DNA from: Flavobacteriales bacterium
Lineage (GTDB): Bacteria; Bacteroidota; Bacteroidia; UBA10329
DNA length: 64,000 bases
Assembly (NCBI GenBank): GCA_021741075.1
Contig: JAIOYO010000004.1
Span: forward strand, 23,908 to 87,907
Reading direction: 5' to 3'
This document shows, piece by piece, positions 36,673 to 45,213 of the stretch (positions are counted from its first letter, which is position 1; every line of letters starts with the position of its first letter). The notes under the pieces were generated by a model. That model worked only from the letters and a program-made list of their open reading frames with translations, had not been told where the DNA came from and ran no database searches. Made by a program: the position numbers and the translations under genes.

Positions 36673-37932
36673 TCAAATGAATTTGACGTAACAGAAGTAC
36701 AAGGCAAATCCCGATAAGAAAATGATGCCAGCCCAACTCAATACTTTCAACCACAGGCTAGGCTGGTGCTCTAGCTTGACATGGTTACTTGTGACCAGCT
36801 TGAAGTTGACAATAGCAATCAATGGACCTATCAGGAAACTGATGGTAGTTGCAAGGTCGACCAACGTTTTCATGTGTTTTCCAAAAAAGAAGATGATCAG
36901 AAACGCTCCAAGGCCAATAATTGCCAACGAAAAATTGTAGGTCTTTTTTGAATCGTTGTTCCGATGTTCAGAAATAAAAAGCAATTCAATTGTTCTTTCA
37001 AAACTTCGGGCAAAGCCGTCAAAAACGGCAATGCAGGTTCCAAACATGATGCTAAATGCCGCTGTGGCAATAATGATGTAACTCCAATCGCCAATGTAAT
37101 TGGTGTAAAGTCCTACAACCGCATGCGCAAACGCACCGCTACTTTCGGGAAGTTCAGTTCCAGTTCCATAAAGCATGTATGAACCCAGCGTTACAAAGCA
37201 AATGGCAAGCACGGCCGAAACGATGTATCCGAAGTTAAAATCGGCCAAGGTTTCTTTCATGGTTGGTTTGTAACCAGTCTGTTTGATTCGTTCTAAGGTC
37301 CACAGGCTATTCCAAGCGCTGAGGTCAACGGCAGTCGGCATCCAACCCATCAGCGCAATGATAAAAAGCACACTTCCGTCTTCCCAAATACTGGGCGGAT
37401 TGAATGCTGGAATTTGCGGATTTGGACCTTTCAGCAAGGCTAAAACAAATGCAAAAACCGTTGAAAGCAACAGGATAGAGCCGATAATTTTTGTCAGTTT
37501 ATCTAGCAAGCCATAACGGCCACTCATGAGAATTGCGCTGCAAAAAACGAACAGTGCCACGGTGGCGTAAATCCCCCAAGATGTGATTTCGAAAAGGTTT
37601 TGAAGAAAACCAGAAGTAACCGCGCCAACGGCCGCTGTGACGAAAAGCATACTGATAATTGTGATGAGAAAATAGAGCCACAACATCCAATTTCCGATAC
37701 GTTTGTAGCCATCAATCAGGCTTTCGCCAGTGGCATTTGCGTAGCGACTTCCGTATTCAAAAAATGGGTATTTGAATAAGTTGGCGGCAATGATGAATCC
37801 GACCAATGCAAAACCAAAATTGGCCCCAGCTCGGGTGCTTTGTACTAAATGAGAGACTCCGATTGCCGTACTGGCAAAGAGAATTCCTGGGCCGAGGGTT
37901 TTAAGAAAGTTGACAAGCTTGGAGTTGTTCAA
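36673..37932 (-). CDS. Nramp-family-like transporter (non-canonical TM1 motif)
   Basis: 419 aa, about 11 TM helices. LGPGILFASTAIGVSHLVQSTRAGANFGF aligns with the MntH TM1 region but lacks DPGN. Confidence 0.6.
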   Translation of the reverse strand: MNNSKLVNFLKTLGPGILFASTAIGVSHLVQSTRAGANFGFALVGFIIAANLFKYPFFEYGSRYANATGESLIDGYKRIGNWMLWLYFLITIISMLFVTAAVGAVTSGFLQNLFEITSWGIYATVALFVFCSAILMSGRYGLLDKLTKIIGSILLLSTVFAFVLALLKGPNPQIPAFNPPSIWEDGSVLFIIALMGWMPTAVDLSAWNSLWTLERIKQTGYKPTMKETLADFNFGYIVSAVLAICFVTLGSYMLYGTGTELPESSGAFAHAVVGLYTNYIGDWSYIIIATAAFSIMFGTCIAVFDGFARSFERTIELLFISEHRNNDSKKTYNFSLAIIGLGAFLIIFFFGKHMKTLVDLATTISFLIGPLIAIVNFKLVTSNHVKLEHQPSLWLKVLSWAGIIFLSGFALYFCYVKFI

Positions 37933-37972
37933 AGTGAGTTTATTACTGACGCAAAGAAAAAATTCGAGAAAA

Positions 37973-38093
37973 GGAGAGACACAGAGTTTTTAGATGACAA
38001 ATCGTTTGACGCCATTCTTTAAAAGTTTGACATTGAAATTAATCAGAAGCCCCGTTATAAACGACTGACATAGGTACTTCTGTGCATCTCTCC
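37973..38093. repeat. CACAGAG-type imperfect inverted repeats around a GxxExxY gene remnant
   Basis: GGAGAGACACAGAG (37973-37986) faces CTTCTGTGCATCTCTCC (38077-38093). Same repeat family as 1929-2508. Confidence 0.75.
37990..38076 (-). pseudogene. C-terminal fragment of a GxxExxY family gene
   Basis: The minus strand translates to YLCQSFITGLLINFNVKLLKNGVKRFVI*, matching the C-terminus of GxxExxY proteins (compare NYLKCSGCKIGLILNFGRATLGIKRLTL at 2028-2417). There is no upstream coding part. Confidence 0.7.
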
Positions 38094-38116
38094 TTCTCAA
38101 ATTAATCTCGGTGAAA

Positions 38117-39505
38117 TCAAAATAACAGTAAAACAGAAACAAAAATCATCACTCCAACTCCCATCAAAGCCACCGTGTAAGGCAAGATTTCTTTGGCTTT
38201 TAAACCAGTGATTCCGAGCAGGGGCAACGCCCAGAAAGGTTGAAGCATATTGGTAAGCTGATCGCCATAAGCCAGGGCCATGATACTTTTAGGAATATTC
38301 ACACCAAGTTCGGATGCAGCTTGGAGAATAATTGGTCCCTGAACACCCCATTGTCCACCGCCACTTGGTACGAAAATGTTAATTATCCCAGCACTGATGA
38401 AAGTGAAAATCGGAAAGGTCGTTTCGTTGGAAATATTCACGAAAAAGCCGGAAAAAAGCTGAACCAAGCCAGAGCTGGTCATAATTCCCATGATGCCGAA
38501 ATACAATGGAAATTGAATGAGAATTCCGGACGCGCCACCGATTGCTTCGTCAATCGCTTTTAGGAATTTGAAGAAGCTTCTGTGTAGCAACAAACAAAGG
38601 CCCAAGAGCAAGAGGTTGATGAAGTCTGGTGTGATGAATCCAAATCTGCTGACCGAGAAATTATTGATAGCTGAATAAGAACAGTAAAGAGTAATTATCA
38701 ATCCAATTCCTAATCCGAAAAAACGCGAATGATCCAGTTTTTCTGCTCCAGAAACATCTACAGATTCCAACGCCAAATCGGGTTTCGTTAGCGGAAGAAA
38801 TGCACTCATTGGTGAGCGTTTTCCCATAAAAAACATGAAGGCTGGTAGCAGGATAATCACCAGAATTGTTGCTGCCATGTTCATGGAGCTAAACACCGTT
38901 TCGGAGAATGAAACAGGGTCGGGAAGGTGCTGAAGTTGTTCGGGAGAAACAATGTTTGACATCAAGGTTGAAATATGACCTTCTTCGGCCACCTTGATGG
39001 GCGCTGAACCCGAAATGCCGCCATGCCAAACCATTAATCCTGAATAACCAGCAGCCCCTATCAACGGATAGTTAAGTTCGAGCTTATTTCTAACGGCATG
39101 TTCGCCCACTTTTCGTGCGAGAATAGCACCGAAAATGAGTCCCAATCCCCAATTGAAAAGGGCCACCAAAACGGTAAGAAACGTAACAATGGCCGCAGCA
39201 TTGGCTGTGTTGTTGCAAAATCGTGTGGCGAAGCTGATGAATGTATCGACTGGTGTTGTCAACGCCAAGGTGTGACCCAAAACCAACATCAACATCATTT
39301 GTATGGCGAAAACCAATAAAGGAGCATTCCCAAATCCTGATTCCCAAAATCCGAATACCTCAATTACACGTTCAATTCCAGTGGATTGAGATGAGGTTAA
39401 TGTAAAAGCCAAAATCATTGTAAAAATGGTCAGCAAAACCGCAATCGTGAACGGTGCTGGTAATAAAGTCTTGAAGGTTTTTTCGATAGCCGATGAGAAA
39501 CTCAT
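38117..39505 (-). CDS. atoE: short-chain fatty acid transporter (AtoE family)
   Basis: Co-linear with my recollection of E. coli AtoE, e.g. ILIQFPLYFGIMG, FVPSGGGQWGVQGP, MALAYGDQLTNMLQPFWALPLLGI. Confidence 0.75.
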   Translation of the reverse strand: MSFSSAIEKTFKTLLPAPFTIAVLLTIFTMILAFTLTSSQSTGIERVIEVFGFWESGFGNAPLLVFAIQMMLMLVLGHTLALTTPVDTFISFATRFCNNTANAAAIVTFLTVLVALFNWGLGLIFGAILARKVGEHAVRNKLELNYPLIGAAGYSGLMVWHGGISGSAPIKVAEEGHISTLMSNIVSPEQLQHLPDPVSFSETVFSSMNMAATILVIILLPAFMFFMGKRSPMSAFLPLTKPDLALESVDVSGAEKLDHSRFFGLGIGLIITLYCSYSAINNFSVSRFGFITPDFINLLLLGLCLLLHRSFFKFLKAIDEAIGGASGILIQFPLYFGIMGIMTSSGLVQLFSGFFVNISNETTFPIFTFISAGIINIFVPSGGGQWGVQGPIILQAASELGVNIPKSIMALAYGDQLTNMLQPFWALPLLGITGLKAKEILPYTVALMGVGVMIFVSVLLLF

Positions 39506-39552
39506 GCTTCAAATATGCAGAGTTTATTGCACAGATTTTATTTGGAGAACGC

Positions 39553-39567
39553 GAGATGCACAGAGAA
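39553..39567. repeat. solo CACAGAG-type repeat arm
   Basis: GAGATGCACAGAGAA, same core (ATGCACAGAG) as the arm at 1946-1955. No partner arm was seen nearby. Confidence 0.5.
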
Positions 39568-39606
39568 AAGGCTTCGGTAATAAATATCTATCTGAATCTC
39601 CGATTC

Positions 39607-40140
39607 TCAACTTTCACTCTGGGTAAAAGCAGAAACTGCCTCGATGGCGTTTGTCAATCGATTATTTCCTTGTCCTCTAATTATGCGATAGTCGGCTCCA
39701 ATCGTTTTTAACGCCATTTCGTACAGCTCAAAAAGTTGCACTAGGTCATTTGGATTTTGGCGCAATGGGTCTGGCTTCCATTCCAAATCCGGAAAAGTGA
39801 GCAAATAATTGCGTGGCTGTTGCTGCTCGAAAAGTTTTTCAATTTCCTGGTTTCGCTTTCTGTATTTGAATTGCTGCCAAATGAGAATTACCAAAATGTC
39901 AGTATCGCAGAATACGGGGCCATTTGCATCAGCAATGGTTCTGTTCTCAAGTTCAAGTTGGCTTTTGGCAATAATCATCAGGTCGTTTTGGTGATAAATG
40001 CCTTTTCTAGCAGTCAGATATTCTCGCGAAAATTCAGGAACGACAACTCCATTAAAATGCGTTGCCAGCTGATTGCAAAGCGTGGTCTTACCTGTACTTT
40101 CTGGGCCTACGATTGCAAAAATTTCCTTTCCTTCTTCCAT
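39607..40140 (-). CDS. NadR C-terminal-domain-like ATPase (ribosylnicotinamide kinase-like)
   Basis: Walker A GPESTGKTT, VPEFSREYL, and CDTD. Overlaps pnuC by 34 nt. Confidence 0.7.
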   Translation of the reverse strand: MEEGKEIFAIVGPESTGKTTLCNQLATHFNGVVVPEFSREYLTARKGIYHQNDLMIIAKSQLELENRTIADANGPVFCDTDILVILIWQQFKYRKRNQEIEKLFEQQQPRNYLLTFPDLEWKPDPLRQNPNDLVQLFELYEMALKTIGADYRIIRGQGNNRLTNAIEAVSAFTQSES

Positions 40141-40694
40141 TCTTTGTGCCAGCTCAAAAATCCGAACACTGCAAGGATAGTGTACAAGAAGTAAAGTCCT
40201 GCGCTTGGCTCTAATCCTCGACTCCAGTAGAGGTAAATGTTGACGGCATCAATCACAATCCAGTAAATCCAATTGGAAAGGATTTTGCGAGTAACCATAA
40301 AAGTGGCGATGAGACTGAAAGAGGTGGTAAATGCATCTAAATACGGCATGGCAGAATCGAATATTAACTCAAAGCTTTTTCCTAGTACTCCAGCAGTGAC
40401 TAATCCGAGAAGGATGATGCGAACATGGAGAGATGTGTTCCATTCGGCAATTTTGAGAAGTTCATCTTTTCGCCTTCCAAAAGTCCATTGCCACCAACCA
40501 TAAACGGCCATTATTACATAGAAAAGGCTGATGAAGGATTCGCCAATGAGGTTGGCCGAAAACGTGAGATACACGTAAATTCCAGAACTGATGAAGGCTG
40601 GATACCAACACCAAATACTTTCTCTAGCGGCAAGAATTACGTAAAGCAAGGCCAAAATGATGGCCGCGTATTCCAAACTGGAATTCAAGTCCAT
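40107..40694 (-). CDS. pnuC: PnuC-family vitamin (nicotinamide riboside-type) transporter
   Basis: 195 aa, 7 TM helices, AVYGWWQW motif. The substrate cannot be read from the sequence. Confidence 0.75.
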   Translation of the reverse strand: MDLNSSLEYAAIILALLYVILAARESIWCWYPAFISSGIYVYLTFSANLIGESFISLFYVIMAVYGWWQWTFGRRKDELLKIAEWNTSLHVRIILLGLVTAGVLGKSFELIFDSAMPYLDAFTTSFSLIATFMVTRKILSNWIYWIVIDAVNIYLYWSRGLEPSAGLYFLYTILAVFGFLSWHKEWKKERKFLQS

Positions 40695-40960
40695 TGGCTC
40701 GTATTCCAGCGGTTGGGCGGAAGATGGCTGTTTATGATCTTAGAAACTGCGGCAATTGGAGTGCCTGATTCCATCGAAGGTTTTAATGCTTGCATGTAAG
40801 CCGACATTACTGCGTCATATTCTCCAAAAACTTGGGTGCTTACTCCGTTAGTCAGGACTTCGATGTTCTCAAACTTATTCAATCTTCGAAGGAAATCCTT
40901 TACAGCTTCTTTGTATCCATCGGTCAATGGATACATCGTTATTTCGAGGGTGACTTTCAT
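40685..40960 (-). CDS. MTH1187/YkoF-like (DUF77) small thiamine-binding-type protein
   Basis: 91 aa. MKVTLEITMYPL...STQVFGEYDAVM fits the DUF77 beta-alpha-beta pattern. Moderate assignment. Confidence 0.45.
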   Translation of the reverse strand: MKVTLEITMYPLTDGYKEAVKDFLRRLNKFENIEVLTNGVSTQVFGEYDAVMSAYMQALKPSMESGTPIAAVSKIINSHLPPNRWNTSQWT

Positions 40961-40962
40961 CG

Positions 40963-41694
40963 TTAGAATTTGGCACTTGCCAATTCTTGAAGTAGCGAAC
41001 CGTCTTTTTCGATGGCATTTCCAACAACAACTACCGTTGCGCCTGCTTCAAAACGTTCACGAGCCATTTCTGGTGTTTTTAATCCACCGCCAACAATTAT
41101 AGGAACATCAACGTGGTCAGAAACGCGCTTAATCATGCTTGTAGAAACCGCGTTTTGCGCTCCCGAACCTCCATCCATAAAAATGGTTTTTAGTCCAAGC
41201 ATTTCTCCAGCCATTGCTGTACAAGCAGCAATGTCATCCTTATCGTGAGGCAATGGATTGGTATTGCTCATGTAAGAAGCGGTAGTTGGTCTTCCGCTAT
41301 CAATAAGCATATAGCCAGTAGGAATAATTTCCAATCCTGAGTTTTTCAGTCTTGGTGCTGCAACTACATGCTTGCCAATCAACATTTCGGCATTTCTTCC
41401 CGAAATGACCGATAAAAGAAGAATGGCATCAGCATTGGGAACCACCTGCATATTGTCTCCAGGAAAAAGCACCACAGGAATATCGCAGTTAGTCTTAATA
41501 ATCTGAACACAGTCGAAAAGCGAGTTGCTCACGAGTAAACTTCCACCCACAAAAAACATGTCTACACCAGCATTTTGTGCTGAAATAACGGTTCGTTCCA
41601 ACTCATTTCCGCCTGTTTTGTCAGGGTCTATAAGTAGAGAAAACAACTTGCGTTGTTCCTGTTTAGCTTGATGTAGATGGTTTAGTACGTTCAT
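40963..41694 (-). CDS. geranylgeranylglyceryl phosphate synthase family protein (PcrB/GGGPS)
   Basis: LIDPDK, MFFVGGS, VLFPG, IIVGGGLKTPEMA; 243 aa. Confidence 0.8.
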   Translation of the reverse strand: MNVLNHLHQAKQEQRKLFSLLIDPDKTGGNELERTVISAQNAGVDMFFVGGSLLVSNSLFDCVQIIKTNCDIPVVLFPGDNMQVVPNADAILLLSVISGRNAEMLIGKHVVAAPRLKNSGLEIIPTGYMLIDSGRPTTASYMSNTNPLPHDKDDIAACTAMAGEMLGLKTIFMDGGSGAQNAVSTSMIKRVSDHVDVPIIVGGGLKTPEMARERFEAGATVVVVGNAIEKDGSLLQELASAKF

Positions 41695-41934
41695 CTTTCG
41701 CGGTGCAAACTTAACGAATGAACGTGGTTTAATGTCTTTTTTGGTCGATGAATTGATGCACTACCTAAAACTTTCAACCTGATAGGATCCTCGGTTTAAT
41801 TGCAGCAACCATCTTTTCATAACCCCGTTTATAAAACTGGTCGAATGGTGCACTGATTGATTTGCATAACCTACAACCAATGCCGAACTTGCACCCCGCA
41901 TTTGAAATCAAATGAAATTAAAGTAGAGACACAG

Positions 41935-44900
41935 TTGAATCTAACTTACAAGGCATCCCTTTTTTTTGTTGCTCTTTTGCTTCCCTTCATCGGTTTCGGA
42001 CAAAGTTGCACGGGACTCGGAAGTCAACAATTCTCAGATGTTATACATGTTTCCGTATCAGGAACATCAAGCAGTACTGGAACCGCTGCTGATCCTGTGG
42101 ATCTTTTAACAGGAATAGCCATGCTTGGCGGAAATGCCGACAAGGTTTATTTACAAGGAGGAACATATGTTTTGACTGCTCCTTTGGTCATACCCAATAA
42201 TGCACAATTGATTGGAGGATTCAATGCTAGTTGGGTTAAGGACAATGGGGCAGTTTCTACATTATTTAGAGACCCAGCCAATCCTCAAATGGGTCCGCCA
42301 AGGCTAATAGCGGTTGAATGTATTGGGAAATCGAATTTCAGACTTCAAGATCTCACCATCCGAACTTCCAATGCCTTAGGCCAGGGCGTTTCTGCGTATG
42401 GCGTCTATCTCAATAATTGCTCTGATTATCAGTTGGTGAGATGTAAAATTATCGCTGGTAACGGTGGAAACGGTGTGCCAGGATCACCTGGTGGTTCTGG
42501 TCCGGCAGGAGCCATTGGTGACAACGGACAACCAGGAGAGGAAGATTCAAGTGGAAACAATCAAGGTGGAGCAGGCGCTTGCTGTTCATTTCCAGGAAGT
42601 AACCGCGGGGGAGATGGTGGAAATGGCGGACAACGCGGAACCTATGAGTTTCCAGCGGGTGGCGAAGCGTTTCCTGGACTTAATGGAGGCGATGGTCAAG
42701 GTCCGACATCTGGCTACGGAGGAACAGGTGGGCAAGAGTTGTTTACCACGGTTATTTCTACACAATGCGATAGAACCCCTGCCAATGATGGCGAATTTGG
42801 GGCCGATGGTGGTAATGGTGTGACCGGATTATCTGGAGTGCCTGGAGCTTACTCTTTTGGTGGTGGCTATTTTACTCCAGGAGCTGGTACTTCTGGTTTA
42901 ATAGGTGGAAATGCTTCTGGAGGTGGAGGCGGAGGCGGAGGCGGTTCGCAAGGAGGAATTGTTTGGATTGCTATTCCAGAGATTCCGCCATTCATTTCGG
43001 CAGATACGATACCGCCTAACAGTAACGGAACTGGTGCCGCAGGAGGCGGAGGTGGAGAAGGTGGAGGCGGAGGCCTTGGCGGAGGTGGAGGCCAAGGAGC
43101 AGGTGGTTCATTCGGAGTTTTTGTTTGGAATAACGGCTTCAATGGAGTGATGAAAGATTGTGAACTTCAATCCGGATTGGCTGGTTTTGGTGGGCCAGGA
43201 GGAGCTGGTGGTAACGGTGGACAAGGTGGGGCTGGAGGCGAAGGTGGATCGTTGTTTACGGCATGCGATATTGGTGCTGGCGGCAGTGGTGGCAGAGGAG
43301 GTGATGGTGGTGATGGAGGTCAAGGTGGGCCAGGTTCTAATGGAATATCCGAAGAATTATACCAGCAGCCGAATGGCCAAGCGATGGTGCTTCAGAATAT
43401 CTATGGATTATCTCAGCCGCTAGTCAATGTGGATTTTGGAGGCTGCACAAACGCGCCAGTTACTTTCTCAACAGATGCTACAGGAACGCTTCAGTGGTTT
43501 TTTGGAGCAGGTTCATCACCTTCAACGGCTTTTGGACAAACAGCAGTTGCCAGTTTCTCAACTCCAGGGTTTAAAACATTTACATTGGTAGTTAACGGAA
43601 TTGCCTTTACCTACACAGATTTTATTGACATTCATGCTGTGGTTCCGGCCTTAGATCCGCAGATACAAACTGGACCAACGCAGCTTTGCGAAGGAGATGT
43701 TGCCGATTTCAATAGCTCCATTTCGGCCAATAATTACATTTGGACATTAAACAACATCGTTGGTGATACGGTAGTTTACAACGGGCCTAGTTATTTCAAT
43801 TTGCTAGGGGTTGCGTTTGATTCAGCAGGCGTTTATCAGTTAACGCTTACTACAGAAACGGAATGTTGCGGGCAATCTTTTACAGATACGATAATGATTG
43901 TGGTGGATTCAATCATTTTGCCTGCAACAGCCATTCAAACCGAATTTGCGGATACGACAAACACTGTTTGCGAGCAGACAGAGGTGACCTTCACAGCAAC
44001 AGCTCAGAATGTAGGCTCTACCCCAACTTACGCATGGCAGATTAACGGAAATCCAGCAGGTGGAAACGCACCTGTTTTTACTACCAATCAGCTTCAAGAT
44101 GGCGATCAGGTTACCCTTGAAGTAACGTCTTCTTTGGGATGTGCAACTGGCGAAGTTGCCATGTCTAATGCGATTACCATCAATGTGATTCCACCACCCG
44201 AGATTACTTGTCAAGCAGACTCTTTTTTATCAAACGAGCCCACTTATTTTCAGGTAGCAGTAACAACAGGTGGATTAGCTCCATTTGAATATTTCTGGTC
44301 CTTTGGTGATGGTTCGTTGGGTTTTGGAGAAACGGTTGAACACATCTATCAAAATGCTGGAGTTTACACGGCAACGGTTAATGTTTTTGATTCTCTTGGA
44401 TGTAATGTTTCATGTCAAACATTTATGACGATTTCGCCAAGTTTGTCTGCGGCATTTGTCGTTGACACGGTAGTTGGCTGTGCACCGTTTGAAGTGCAGT
44501 TTAGCAACTTAAGTCAGAATGCCGTAACTAATTTTTGGGATTTTGGAGACGGGAATTCTTCTACACAAATTAGCCCATTGCACACCTATCAAACAGCTGG
44601 AACCTACGATGTGGCGCTTTGGGTTTATGCTGGAAATGGAAATGATTCGGTGTCAGTGTTCAGTCAAATAGTAGTCAATCCAACCCCAGTTGCAAACTTT
44701 CAGAGTTATGAGTTGAATGCTTCCACCGGTAGCGATTCAGTTCAATTTGCAGACAACTCGTTGTTTGCCGATAGTTGGCTTTGGGATTTTGGCGACCCAG
44801 CTTCAGGAGCCGATAATTCTAGCACTGAGCAAAACCCGTTACACGTATTTCAGTCAAATGGAGTATATAATGTGTCACTTACTGTTTCAAACACGTATGG

Positions 44901-45213
44901 CTGTTCAGGTCAAATTACACTATCGTCACCAGTAAACGTTGGTATCGAAGATTTGACCGCAGATTTGCAGACAATCCTGTTTCCAAATCCAGCAACAGAG
45001 TCAATTGAGATAGTTGTTTTTTCGGAGACAAATCGCACAGCAGAAATTCGAATCGCTGATGTCGTAGGTAGGACAGTTCATTCGCAACAATTGAACTTAA
45101 TTGTCGGAATGAATGGGAATAGATTTGATTTAACGCAACTCGCCACAGGGCCATACGTTCTCACCATGCGTACGGACAGGACTGAACAATCTTTCCTGTT
45201 TATTGTCAAATGA
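41935..45213 (+). CDS. T9SS cargo: beta-helix N-domain, Gly-rich modules, PKD/Ig domains, type-A (Por secretion tail) CTD
   Basis: Likely TTG start at 41935 (NLTYKASLFFVALLLPFIGFGQ signal); the track ORF starts at 41857. DVIHVSVSG...GGTYVL beta-helix cap. GGxGG runs including G9. Three PKD motifs (F/WDFGDG...Y...G.Y.V.L). The C-terminus LFPNPATESIEIVV...GPYVLTMRT...FIVK is a type-A CTD. Confidence 0.8.
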   Translation: MNLTYKASLFFVALLLPFIGFGQSCTGLGSQQFSDVIHVSVSGTSSSTGTAADPVDLLTGIAMLGGNADKVYLQGGTYVLTAPLVIPNNAQLIGGFNASWVKDNGAVSTLFRDPANPQMGPPRLIAVECIGKSNFRLQDLTIRTSNALGQGVSAYGVYLNNCSDYQLVRCKIIAGNGGNGVPGSPGGSGPAGAIGDNGQPGEEDSSGNNQGGAGACCSFPGSNRGGDGGNGGQRGTYEFPAGGEAFPGLNGGDGQGPTSGYGGTGGQELFTTVISTQCDRTPANDGEFGADGGNGVTGLSGVPGAYSFGGGYFTPGAGTSGLIGGNASGGGGGGGGGSQGGIVWIAIPEIPPFISADTIPPNSNGTGAAGGGGGEGGGGGLGGGGGQGAGGSFGVFVWNNGFNGVMKDCELQSGLAGFGGPGGAGGNGGQGGAGGEGGSLFTACDIGAGGSGGRGGDGGDGGQGGPGSNGISEELYQQPNGQAMVLQNIYGLSQPLVNVDFGGCTNAPVTFSTDATGTLQWFFGAGSSPSTAFGQTAVASFSTPGFKTFTLVVNGIAFTYTDFIDIHAVVPALDPQIQTGPTQLCEGDVADFNSSISANNYIWTLNNIVGDTVVYNGPSYFNLLGVAFDSAGVYQLTLTTETECCGQSFTDTIMIVVDSIILPATAIQTEFADTTNTVCEQTEVTFTATAQNVGSTPTYAWQINGNPAGGNAPVFTTNQLQDGDQVTLEVTSSLGCATGEVAMSNAITINVIPPPEITCQADSFLSNEPTYFQVAVTTGGLAPFEYFWSFGDGSLGFGETVEHIYQNAGVYTATVNVFDSLGCNVSCQTFMTISPSLSAAFVVDTVVGCAPFEVQFSNLSQNAVTNFWDFGDGNSSTQISPLHTYQTAGTYDVALWVYAGNGNDSVSVFSQIVVNPTPVANFQSYELNASTGSDSVQFADNSLFADSWLWDFGDPASGADNSSTEQNPLHVFQSNGVYNVSLTVSNTYGCSGQITLSSPVNVGIEDLTADLQTILFPNPATESIEIVVFSETNRTAEIRIADVVGRTVHSQQLNLIVGMNGNRFDLTQLATGPYVLTMRTDRTEQSFLFIVK

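Noticed and set aside
41960-41967. T8 homopolymer in the signal-peptide coding region of the first Gly-rich protein, considered as a phase-variation tract
   Set aside because: Equivalent T8 runs occur in other signal peptides (e.g. 62990-62997 in the PhoD-like gene) simply from Phe-Phe codons in an AT-leaning genome. They are not distinctive enough to call.
42867-43142. Antisense ORFs encoding poly-proline / PPPP-rich peptides (also 42898-43095 and 43108-43323)
   Set aside because: They are the mirror image of the GGN-rich sense codons of the glycine-rich T9SS protein. They lie entirely within a strongly supported gene on the other strand.
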